DNA of 63,529 bases, filler included, from Octopus bimaculoides (GCF_001194135.2; 6 parts of 5 records of this genome joined end to end with filler, not necessarily neighbours in it); one strand, 5' to 3'. Counted from the first letter of the whole stretch, positions 12,191 through 23,639 are shown. Program-made: numbers and translations. The notes: generated by a model not told the origin, from the sequence alone.

Positions 12191-13499
12191 CAGAGTTGGT
12201 GTTCATAATATAAATTTTCTTTGATAAAATCACGAAGAGATAAATTTTATTTTTTAATTCATTAAGTGTCATAATGTTGTATTACTCTGATAGACATAGA
12301 CATTTGAAGTCGTTGGTATACACTGTCACAGATTCGATAGTTGACCACTCAGTGCTGTAATTGAAAATACAATTGTCCTTCAAATTCCAGATGTATTTGG
12401 TGAGTTTTTTTTTGTGCCTATTTCGTCTTTAGATCTGAATGAATACATATGTTCGTTATACCTGAATTTGAAAGTAATCACCGTAAGGCGTATGTAATTT
12501 TTCTATTGTTATTAGTTGAGATTTTAGCTTAGTATATAACATTTTTGACAGTTTTGAATTTAGCAAACAGATTTTGCTACCGAGGTAATTACATTTATAA
12601 AGTTGAACCTTGTGTGTTTTGCCAGTGTTAATTTTTTTCAATTAATTCTAACAAAAAGAGAAATTATCGGTGCAATTGCTGTTTTTATTAACGACATTTC
12701 TATAAAAAAAATTCATGAAACTTATGGTTAGAAGGAAAATATTCGCTAATTAAATTTAGAAAAGTATGCGTAATATTAGGGCAGACAATCAAAATTAATA
12801 CTAGTTTATACCATATAATCTTTTTTCTTCTATTATTAGAAATGTGTGTGAGTGTGCGCACGCGCAAATCACACCATCTATATAAAAAGCTGAGATAAAT
12901 TTAAAGTGTCTAAACTACACCGTATAAGGTTTTCGCTGCTAGGACTTTAAACACATGCGAATATTCCTTATTTTTCTCTTCGTACGCAGAAAAATAACAG
13001 AAATTGTCTTGATATGTGGCATGAATCGTTGACCATTTATCAGAAGAAGAGCAAATCCATTAGAGTTAAACCCCACAAAAGACAAACTAGATCTCGGCTG
13101 TAACGGTTAGACTAATTTCTGTGCCGTACACTTTTCAGCAGCGAGATCATATATTAAATAATTAAACCCAATATAGCGTCTTTTGGGAAACCTAAATTAG
13201 ATTTAGTGTAGTTAATTAGCAGCTTTTAAGCTTTTTGTTATGGAACTTTAAACAGATGTGAATGTTTTGATATTCTCTATGTACAAAGAAGAATAAAAGA
13301 TATTGTCCTGACATATTCCATCGTTCGTTGTCTATCATTAGAGAACAAGTTTTCCCTCCTTCCTCTGTCCATAAAAAGAACTTACAGAAAATCTTTATTG
13401 AAATCATAAAGAAAATATAACTTAGCTGTAATAGCAAGACTAATTTGCTTATCGCTTGTTTGTCGGTGTCATGGTTAAATTACTCTGTATACGTGTTTA

Positions 13500-13526
13500 T
13501 GTGTGCGTGTGTGTGCGTGCGTGCGT

Positions 13527-13616
<90 letters not shown>
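13500..13616. repeat. (GT)n microsatellite
   Basis: Direct reading of the sequence. Confidence 0.95.
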
Positions 13617-13617
<1 letters not shown>

Positions 13618-15113
13618 TGAAGGCGCGAAGTCTATAAAGTGATTGATTATGAAAAAAACAGTAGCGTAGCATTCATTCGCAAGCGAGTGAAACTTTGTAG
13701 TAATTACCATATTTTCGATAATTGTTTCAGGTACTTATGTAGTCGTGAACAGATATAGACACCTTCTCGGCTCTCCTATCTTCCACTATCAAAGGCAGCT
13801 GATCGTCAGTTCAGGCAGAGAACAGCACATTGGTCTAATGAAATAAACAGTGAAAAACCAGTTGAGCAGCTGACTCCAAATGAGTCACCTTCTGAAGCAG
13901 AAAAAACGATTACAAAAAGTAATCGGATGATTAACAAATCACACACACATGTATGTCTGTATGTATAAATGTATGTCTTGAGTTATAATATTTTGCATTT
14001 TGGTTTCATTCCTTTGACGATATTCCTTAATAATTAGTTCTATTTAACTAAGATTTTATTAACAATGTATCTCGAAGATTTAGGTTAAAAAAATCTTGGG
14101 CGGAAAAAAAGACAGATTTTGTTTCGATCCGAAACTAGAATTTATTTATATGTATTATTGTACTCTTCGACAAAATGCCCTGTACAACTATAACACATTT
14201 ATAGATGTTATAACTTCAGCTATTTTTCTATTTTAGGGAATACATTTCTACTTTGGAAGATAAAAAGTTTAGTAAGCAACTTTTTAAATATTTATTCTCT
14301 AAGCAATTTTATTTTTCTACGCCAACCAGAATACAATCTTGCGCATTTACTTGGTGATTCTTCTATCATTATCATATTTTGAGGTCATAATAAGACAGGA
14401 ACATGTCCAGAGTTGTTTCTTGTACTAGGTGAAATAATTTAGATAATAGTAGTCATTGAACAATAACATATTACATAGTTTAAAGTTTTTTTTTTTACCG
14501 CACAATTACTTCTAGTTAGCTTTTTAATACTGCCTGCACGAAATACTTTAGATCTAACTTAACTACTACTTTTCATGCAGAGAGGGTCTCTGAGTAATTT
14601 CTTCTCTGAATAATTTTATCATTAAAGCTTCATCGTTTACACCGTATGACGTATTGCTTAATATATATATTCTGATCTGATACTGCTACTATTACAACGG
14701 TTGCATATATAGTGTATAAAGATGCTGCCTGCTGCTTGCTATTCTAATCCTACAGCATGCCAATCCTCATAATGCTTTTATTATCGCCGTCGTCGAGGAA
14801 TACTCATTATGAAATTAATGTTCGATGGATTATGCACACCAGCTGTCAAGAGCATTCCGAATAAGAAAGAACAAAAAGGACTGGGTGCTGGTTTGAGGGT
14901 GAATATTGAAACGGCTTCCCGTTGTTTTCTCTGCACTTTTTCACAAGTTCATCACGTCAGCAAGATTAAGCGTTTTGGCTATCAAAACAACTGGGCAACA
15001 ATGATGGAATACAAATCATTGATAAATTACCGTTGCATTAACAGTGCTTCTGTTTTCAGTGCTACACTATATTACAAAATATATCTATAGATTTTAGACA
15101 TATATGTTACAGA

Positions 15114-15149
<36 letters not shown>

Positions 15150-15908
15150 NNNNNNNNNNNNNNNNNNNNNNNNNNNNNNNNNNNNNNNNNNNNNNNNNNN
15201 NNNNNNNNNNNNNNNNNNNNNNNNNNNNNNNNNNNNNNNNNNNNNNNNNNNNNNNNNNNNNNNNNNNNATATATATTCTTTTACTTGTTTCAGTCATTTG
15301 ACTGCAGCCATGCTGGAGCACAACCCTTCGTCGTTATACACAATATCTTCGTGGATAGAAAGAAATTAACCGGACTCGTTTCCGGAGCTGTCCACTGAGA
15401 CACTGATTATAAATTCGTTATCACAAAGAGCTTAAAGGGCGGCGGAATGGTAGAATCGTTAGAGAGAAATGCTTTGCAGTATTTGTGCCGGCTCTCCACC
15501 GAGATCAGATTTGTCTTTCATACCTCCGGGGTCGATAAAAATAAAGTACCAGTCAAGTATTGAGGTCGATAGTATCGGCTTACCGCCACTCCTCAAAATT
15601 ACTGGCCTTGCACCAAAATTAGAAACAATTATGACTTCGGATAGACCAAATTGTACATATAATGCATTCTTGATATCTAAGGTAGTTCTGTTAATGAATT
15701 ACTAGTTCGTTAACAGCATTTTGCTTCAATACTGTGCAACACTTTAGAGTACATTTATAGACTTTAGTCAACACTGTATGCAATACACAGCTGCCAAGAA
15801 TGCATTATGTAAGTACATAACGCATTCTTGGATTATGTACTATCAGGTTTACTTAAGCTCTTAGCAATAAACGGTTTATAAGTAGTGCCTTCATGGATAG
15901 TTTAAGAG

Positions 15909-15956
15909 AGTACTCAGTTGCTGATGAAATGGACTGAAACTAGTTTGGCTGGTACT
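15909..15956 (+). ncRNA. Minimal type I hammerhead-like motif
   Basis: AGUAC-U-CAGUUG-CUGAUGA-AAUGGACU-GAAAC-UA-GUU-UGGCUG-GUACU. Both core strands are intact, stem III is the palindrome AACUAGUU, and stem I pairs with three G-U wobbles. Stem II is almost absent. Confidence 0.5.
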
Positions 15957-15977
15957 TTTGTTTCTGTCTGTCTGTAT

Positions 15978-16021
<44 letters not shown>

Positions 16022-16450
16022 GCGTCTAATAACACTATCCGTATCACGTCCTCACGTTGTTGTTTTTGTTATTGTTTTTTGTCTTTTTTTGAACCTATAT
16101 ACACATAATTTTTCTCGTCTGGCCGTAAAGCCTTTTCTGTTTGTTTTCCTGTCTTGTTTTTTGTCCGCCACTACATTCCTCCATGGCTAGATTTAATTTG
16201 CGTATACAGATTTAATCTGCGATCCATGGGACGAGCCGTTTTAACGTTGCGTCCTGCCCGAAGCTCGTCGAAACGCCGGTGTTAAAACGTGGGTAGCTGA
16301 TGAAGTAGAATGTTCTCTATGTGGCTCGTGTGTTCTCGTCTACGTTTGTTTGCAATGTCCTGTACCCAGATATGCACCTATACATACAGGTGGATGTCGG
16401 TATGCACATACCTGTACGTATATATGCATATACTCATTTACTTTTGTTTT

Positions 16451-16482
<32 letters not shown>

Positions 16483-17339
16483 TACACACCCGTCTTCGTC
16501 TTTTGTTTTTTTTTTGTAAATTCTCACTATATATATCTGTTAGGCACGCAGTGACCGCCAACACAATGTTATAGTCGAGTCTTACTGCGTGTCCTGACAA
16601 TATATGCCTAGCTTGCCTACAAAAGTGTAAGGGGGCCGTTGAGATTTGCGCGGTGATCGAGGAAGGGGAGAACACAGTTGTGTAAGCGACAAATATGGAG
16701 TGGCAGTGGGAGAGTAACATTAATATACAGTTGTCATTCAGAGATACACACGTGCGCGCTTTCAATTTCTTTCTGTCTCGCTCACGCCTCTTTCTCTGTC
16801 TCTCGCTCACTTTCTCTCACTCTCTTTCTGTTTGTCTATTTGTCTGTTTGTCTGTTTCTCTCTGTGTCTGTCTGTCTGTCTCTCTCCCTGTAACACACGC
16901 ACATACACACACTCACGAATCTATAGACAAGTATTTGACAAAGTTTAAACCGAAATTATCCGGAAATAACCGAAGTATTCCTTTTTTCGATTTATGAACA
17001 GACGATAAAGAAGTTATCGTCGGCTAAATACTTAGAGTTAAATCACTTTTCTTTTCACGAAAACGACGTTTCAAGTCAACATTGAAGGTGAAGTACCTTA
17101 TTAATTTCGTTTTAATTATTTACAAAATTATAATCACTCATTCATCTATCTCAAAGTTAGAAAGATATATTTCTAAAGGAGAAATTGCTATCAGTCAGTA
17201 TCTTATCCCTTTTGGTCCTGTAATTTTCCCACGTTCTGTTCTCAAAACCATCTAAAGTTTAAAGTGAAGGTGAAGTTCTTTACTGAATTTATTGAAAAAT
17301 ATTCAACAATTACATTAATTTATTAATTCCCCCCTTTAA

Positions 17340-17890
17340 TAAGGACATCAGTGGTGGTAACTATGTTCAGAGCTGTGTCACTCTAGCTCAAAAACAGCAG
17401 AAATTACTGAACTCTTCGGGAAGAGTCCGTACGATACATATACAATAATTGAAAGTATTTTCATTCTTTTATTCTGAAGTGTACAATGCAGGAATACCAA
17501 GCATACATCAGTAGAAATGGAACATATGGCGGTAATGTTGAATTAGCTGCCATTAATGAATTGTACAATGTTGCAATTCAGGTTCATCACAAAAATGAAG
17601 ATGAAATTATTTTTCCTCTGTTCACCGTTTGCGGTCGAACATTTACAGAAAGGAAGATTTTAGTGTTATATAGTGGCGAATTTGACAACGACCACTATGA
17701 TGCTCTCTTTCCCATAAACAATCTGAAAAAAATTTTCCCCTGGGCTCTACGTGCAAACCATGTGAAAAGTGTGGTGTTAGGAAGAGGAATAAAGAATCAT
17801 TAGGTATGTGTTCTTCTAAAGGTGAAGTCCATTTACCAATATTTGAGCCTCCAGAACATATAAAACATCTTCTTTTGGGTACCACTTCAG
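17340..17890 (+). pseudogene. Helitron RepHel N-terminal remnant: OTU deubiquitinase domain followed by the CxxC...C zinc-finger-like motif
   Basis: Decayed G(D)GN(C)xFRAVS, then YGGNVELAAINELYNVAIQV and HYDAL (OTU). After a frameshift in the A-run the frame reads PCEKCGVRKRNKESLGMCSSKGEVHLPIFEPPEHIKHLLLGTTSES, matching the Helitron CxxCxAxKxxxExxGMCCxxGKVxLP...PPE motif. Three stops lie in the OTU N-half. Confidence 0.75.
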
Positions 17891-17991
17891 AATCAATATG
17901 TGTGTGCGTGTGCATGTCTGTGTGTGTGCGTGCGTGCGTGTTCACGCGCGCGCATGCATGTGTGTTTACTTCTCCATTTTCTATGTTTTAG

Positions 17992-19231
17992 ATACCAGAT
18001 ATTACAATTTCCCTTGTGTATTGCATATGCAATTTCTATCCACAAATCACAGGGAATAAGCGTCGATGGTGTCATTCTTGATTTGGGGACCGGTGTTTTC
18101 TCCGACAGTATGGCTTATGTGGCCTTGTCCAGAGCTCGCAAACTGCGCACTGTTCACTTAATTGATCTTGATCCATCGAGTTTGATCATGTGCGATTCCA
18201 GCGCTTGGAAAGAATACAACTATTTGAGAGAGCACATTAATATGGAGCCACTTCCATTGTGTAACGTGAGGCTTAAAATTATTAAACTGGCTAAAAAGGC
18301 GACTAAGAAGAGTAAAGTTGCCTTTAATATGGACAGTGAAATCATCAGCTTGCCGAAATCGAAAAAGGCTAGAATTGAGAACACGGTTGCAAAGCCGTAC
18401 ATCTCGCTAGTGCGTTTTTTTTTTGTGAACAGCACGATACAGGTTATCCGCCAGCTGCCTTTGTTGGCCAAATACATGCAGTCCAGAAATGATATTGTCA
18501 TTCGTGAAATTCACGATATTACATCTTCATCTGGAACTAAATCGGTAGCCAACTCGAGAAATATTATCGGCAGCAGGTTTAACAATGGTACACAGCAGTG
18601 TGCGCATGATTTTTGGAAGCACATTTATCATTTTCTGCTTGAAAATGTTAAACAAACGTTCATGTTTGAGAATGCATTGCTCAGGTGCACCAGAAAACAC
18701 GAGGCCAAATGCCCCAAATTACAAAATAATGAGTGTGATTGTGCATCGACCAACGGCTGTGACACTTCCACGAATACGACCGATCTCAAGTCTGATCTGA
18801 CGCTGAATCTTATTAGTGTTCGGCAACAGTTTAAGAGCTTGCTCAAAAATGAGGCTTCGATTATCAGGAGGTGCAGTCTGTGTGGCATTGACACCGAGCA
18901 CACCGGTATAGTGAGCTACATGTTCCCAAGCACTATGCGTTACCTGGTTGTTTATTTGAACAGATTAAAATATATAGACAATCAGATGGTCAGGATTAAT
19001 TCGGAGTTGATAAATTATTCTCCAAATAAGCAGAACATTTACGACCAGAGATTTCGATTAATCAGCTCAGTGTTGCACACGTTGGCTAGTGCGGACTCCG
19101 GCCACTACACCAGCATCGTTCGCAACCAGGACAAATGGGACATCATTTGACGATGCCGTCTTTTCCAAGCAGTATATAGCTTTCGCGTCTAAACTGCTTA
19201 ACAACTACTTGTTCTTGGAAAAATTGAATTG
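17992..19231 (+). pseudogene. PIF1-like (Helitron) helicase C-terminus fused in frame to a USP/UCH (peptidase C19) domain
   Basis: Helicase motifs QFPLCIAYAISIHKSQG and MAYVALSRAR. USP motifs FVNSTIQ (Cys box with Cys replaced by Phe), QQCAHDF (QQD box), CSLC, RLISSVLH...SGHYTSIVR...W and, after a frameshift near 19147, FDDAV...YLFLEK*. Preceded by a polypyrimidine tract and TAG acceptor at 17990-17991. Confidence 0.8.
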
Positions 19232-19779
19232 AAATGAAATTAATATAAAGCAACAAGCATTATTTGATAAAGGACTTGCTTGACGATCAGACAGGAAATG
19301 ATATATATATATATGAGAGATATAACTTTTATATGACATATATATATATATGAGAGATATAACTTTTTATCTCTATATAGCGCTTTATTTGAATAGCTTA
19401 AGCGCATTTTTGAATTTATTAGGATAATATGAATCTGGTCCCGCCATTGAGCTATATTATCTCAGTGGTGAATGACTGCCATTTTTTGACTTTTGGGAGG
19501 TTGTGGATCGGGTTCGCAGCTTTTATGGCGACTTTTGTTATAATATTGGAAAGTTATGTCACTCGACCAGATTCTTGTAACCATTTTATCTCTCCGTATG
19601 ATAATAAACAAATACGACAATTATTTTCGATTTTATCGTACATTTTTTTAAATATTGTGACAGTCACACAATTTCAATTGGTCGGCGTTCGGGTGTCAGT
19701 TTATTAGAGGCTGCCACATCATTAGGAAAAATGCGGTACATATACAAAATATCACAAGCGTTGCTTTAAAAAGTACGAA

Positions 19780-20877
19780 ACTAGAATTGAAAAATGCGCA
19801 TGCTCAAAAGGGTTACAGAATGTCACAATAAACCTTAAAAGGTATGGGACTAGCATTGCTACTCAAAAATATTGGAATCACTATAGGTTGTACATTCTGT
19901 GGCATCCTTTTATCACAAGAAATGTGTTTAGTTCATCGAAATTAAGTTATATTAAAAATTACGTTAAAATATCGTATTCTCAATTTTCGCAAAACAATTG
20001 TGTACAAATACTAATGACATCTTGAATGATAATTTTTATAAATTCACAAGTAATCAATCAAAAATAATTTAGTAATAATTCGCATAATATGTGTATCATA
20101 ATGCGAATTATCTTTGCTTATAATTATTTCGGTTTCGTACTTTCGCTGTTATATAGATTCGACTTCAGTGGAGGCGCAATGGCCCAGTGGGTAGGGCAGC
20201 GGATTCGCGGTCATAGGATCGCGGTTTCGATTCTCAGACCGGGCGTTGTGAGTGTTTATTGAGCGAAAACACCTAATACTCCACGAGGCTCCCGGCAGAG
20301 GATGGTGGCAAACCCTGTTGTACTCTTTCACCACAACTTTCTCTCACTCATACTTCCTATTTCTGTTGTTCCTGTAATTCAAAGGGTCAGCCTTGTCACA
20401 CTCTGTGTCACGCTGAATATCCCCGAGAACTACGTTAAGGGTACAAGTATCCGTGGAGTGCTCAGCCACTTCTTGCACGTTAATTTCACGAGCAGGCTGT
20501 TCCGTTGATCGGATCAACTGGAACCCTCGACGTCGTAAGCGACGGAGTGCCAACAACAACAACAGATTCGACTTCATCATAAATCCATTTTTTAAATAAT
20601 TATCATGGTAATTTGCATTTTTTTAATATACTTTGGTATGAAGTGTATTATACTGAATTTACTTATTCGAAGTTAAGATCATATTTTGTACATTTTCAAA
20701 TTTTTATATTAAGATATCGTAATTCACACATAGGTCTCTTTTCGTTTTAAGATGCCACAGAATGTACAACCTATAGTGATTCCAATATTTTTGAGTAACA
20801 ATGCTAGTCCCATACTTTTTAAGGTTTATTATGACAGTCCGTAACCCTTTTGAGCGTGCGCATTTTTCAATTCTAGT
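19780..20877. mobile_element. Foldback/MITE-like element with 127-bp terminal inverted repeats
   Basis: Arms 19780-19906 and 20751-20877 are reverse complements with 6 mismatches by manual count. Termini are ACTAG...CTAGT. Confidence 0.85.
20168..20563 (+). mobile_element. Full-length tRNA-derived SINE (family D) with 13-bp TSD, inserted in the foldback element
   Basis: A-box TGGCCCAGTGG, B-box-like GGTTTCGATTC, (AAC)n tail, and TSD AGATTCGACTTCA at 20155-20167 and 20564-20576. Confidence 0.9.
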
Positions 20878-20882
20878 ATATA

Positions 20883-22083
20883 CTAGCAGAAATACCCGGC
20901 TTTGCCCGGGTTAAAGAGAATAATGAAATCTAAAAACGCCGTCTAGACTACGCAACCCTCAACTGTTAGTAGCTACGATACCATATTTCTACATTAATAA
21001 CTCTCCAATCCATGCCAGCATGGAACATAGACATTAAGTGGAATGCCAGTCTCTCATCTTGGAGGGCCTTGAAATCAATGTTACCAACTGGGGACTATGT
21101 GTGTCGTAGTGATAATAAAAAGACCCAAAGGAGGTCTGCAACGAAATAATTTTACTCAACACTTTGCAAGTGAATCAGTGGAGGCAAAGATGCGTCTCAT
21201 TTACTTGACAATTTATGCACCACATTGCAGAAATCACAATGTAAGNNNNNNNNNNNNNNNNNNNNNNNNNNNNNNNNNNNNNNNNNNNNNNNNNNNNNNN
21301 NNNNNNNNNNNNNNNNNNNNNNNNNNNNNNNNNNNNNNNNNNNNNNNNNNNNNNNNNNNNNNNNNNNNNNNNNNNNNNNNNNNNNNNNNNNNNNNNNNNN
21401 NNNNNNNNNNNNNNNNNNNNNNNNNNNNNNNNNNNNNNNNNNNNNNNNNNNNNNNNNNNNNNNNNNNNNNNNNNNNNNNNNNNNNNNNNNNNNNNNNNNN
21501 NNNNNNNNNNNNNNNNNNNNNNNNNNNNNNNNNNNNNNNNNNNNNNNNNNNNNNNNNNNNNNNNNNNNNNNNNNNNNNNNNNNNNNNNNNNNNNNNNNNN
21601 NNNNNNNNNNNNNNNNNNNNNNNNNNNNNNNNNNNNNNNNNNNNNNNNNNNNNNNNNNNNNNNNNNNNNNNNNNNNNNNNNNNNNNNNNNNNNNNNNNNN
21701 NNNNNNNNNNNNNNNNNNNNNNNNNNNNNNNNNNNNNNNNNNNNNNNNNNNNNNNNNNNNNNNNNNNNNNNNNNNNNNNNNNNNNNNNNNNNNNNNNNNN
21801 NNNNNNNNNNNNNNNNNNNNNNNNNNNNNNNNNNNNNNNNNNNNNNNNNNNNNNNNNNNNNNNNNNNNNNNNNNNNNNNNNNNNNNNNNNNNNNNNNNNN
21901 NNNNNNNNNNNNNNNNNNNNNNNNNNNNNNNNNNNNNNNNNNNNNNNNNNNNNNNNNNNNNNNNNNNNNNNNNNNNNNNNNNNNNNNNNNTTTTTTGACT
22001 AAAACACAACTGGAACCCTAAGTAAGGCATGTGTAAAATTTGAATGAAATTGGTTGCGTAGTTCTCGAGTTTTAGGGATTCAC

Positions 22084-22118
<35 letters not shown>

Positions 22119-22144
22119 CACATTCTCAATTTTATATATATAGA
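20883..22144 (-). mobile_element. Non-autonomous Helitron (partly in a gap)
   Basis: Minus-strand 5' end A|TCTATATATATAAA followed by (GTCT)n. The 3' end has the GC hairpin CCCGGGCAAAGCCGGG, then 8 nt, then CTAG|T, giving a canonical A|T insertion site. Both ends are assumed to belong to one element across the gap. Confidence 0.8.
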
Positions 22145-22228
22145 TGTAAAGACAAATTAATTATATCTGCTTATTAAATACACAGTTGGCTAAAATTTAT
22201 AGACATATTGGTTGATAGTTTCATATTT

Positions 22229-22534
22229 TACTCTTTTACTTGTTTCAGTCATTTGACTGCGGCCATGCTGGAGTAAATCGACCCCGGGACTTATTCTTTG
22301 TAAGCCTAGTACTTATTCTATCGGTCTCTTTTGCCGAACCGCTAAGTGACGGGGACATAAACACACCAGCATCGGTTGTCAAGCAATGCTAGGGGGGACA
22401 AACACAGACACACAAACACACACATATACATATATACGACGGGCTTCTTTCAGTTTCCGTCTACCAAATCCACTTACAAGGCTTTGGTCGGCCCGAGGCT
22501 ATAGTAGAAGACACTTGCCCAAGGTGCCACGCAG
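22229..22534 (-). mobile_element. tRNA-derived SINE family A, 5'-truncated
   Basis: Near-identical to the copies at 23640 and 43861. Confidence 0.9.
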
Positions 22535-23525
22535 AACTTATCAAAACTTTATTACTACACAATAAAAAGTAAGCTCCAGATGAACTGAATATGCGAGCAA
22601 ATGTTGATACTCGGTTGAAACGATTTCTCTTCATCTCTATAACTAATCCTTTTCGAAACCAAAACAAAACAAAACAAAACAAACAAACAAAACCATCAAT
22701 TTCTGAATAAATCTAAGGCACTGGACTTACGCAAAAATGAAATTATTGATTTTGTTATATCGATGATTCAAAAGGAATAAAAATCTAACAAGGTATAGTC
22801 ATGTTGTTCGGTATTTAGCGAAACTGAGCGCTCACAGAAATATGAAAAAAAAAAAATAATGTATATGTTTATATACATTTTAAGCATAATGTAAGGAGGT
22901 TGTTATACGAAGGGTGGTATATTTACAAACCCTACTGAAATCTGGGTCCCCGAGTAAAGATTAATTCTGCTACATATCTTTATTTTAATATGCGTTTCGA
23001 TTGTTGATACAACGCATATACAACGCTCTAAATGTATGTAAACAAAATGTACATATTGTGCTGAGCATTCTGCTTTTGATAAACGCAAACAGAATGTATC
23101 GGAGTAAATGATGATATATATCGTATAAAATATTTACTAATTTATATTAGTCTCATCAAGATTTGAATTTAACTTTAATTTTGTTTCGGATTTCACGTTC
23201 TCCTTTCTCTGTACTGAAATGATTTAAAAAAAAAAAAAAAAAAAAAAAGAAACAAATTCAGCAGCTTCCAATGTCACGTCATACAAATGTTCCACTAAAA
23301 ATTCTGTTTCCAGCGTTACGTTAAACAAATGTAGTGACGGACGTATTTTAAAACTGACCGCTTTCCTACGTCTTGAATTTCTACCAATCACAGCGCAGAA
23401 TTTTTCCAAATAAAAGCCCATATATTTCTTTCTAAATTCAGTTCGCTATTAATGATTTCTCTGACGATTCAAGGGATTTTTTTCTTCTGAAACTCGGATC
23501 CAATTAGAAGGTAAATCTGTCTCGG

Positions 23526-23625
23526 NNNNNNNNNNNNNNNNNNNNNNNNNNNNNNNNNNNNNNNNNNNNTTAATTAATTAANNNNNNNNNNNNNNNNNNN
23601 NNNNNNNNNNNNNNNNNNNNNNNNN
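23526..23625. other. Artificial scaffold linker (44N-TTAATTAATTAA-44N); identical linkers at 45913-46012, 51295-51394, 54157-54256 and 59407-59506
   Basis: All five are exactly 100 bp with a centred 12-mer that gives stops in all six frames. Confidence 0.95.
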
Positions 23626-23639
23626 ATCGCCTAGTATAT

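Noticed and set aside
14809-15090. 93-aa plus ORF
   Set aside because: No homology recognised and no exon signals.
16217-16300. Hammerhead at GACGAGC...GCTCGTC-GAAAC
   Set aside because: The stem and GAAAC are present, but no CUGANGA precedes the stem and no valid NUH or stem I follows.
20168-20240. tRNA genes at A/B-box-containing heads
   Set aside because: They continue into repeated SINE bodies with tails and TSDs, and no complete cloverleaf was found.
23461-23500. CTGACGA...GAAAC spacing (similarly 54706 and 2641)
   Set aside because: Stems I-III cannot form; chance matches.
23570-23581. Recurrent TTAATTAATTAA motif inside N runs (five times)
   Set aside because: It is always centred in an exact 100-bp block. 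It is an artificial six-frame-stop scaffolding spacer, not biology.
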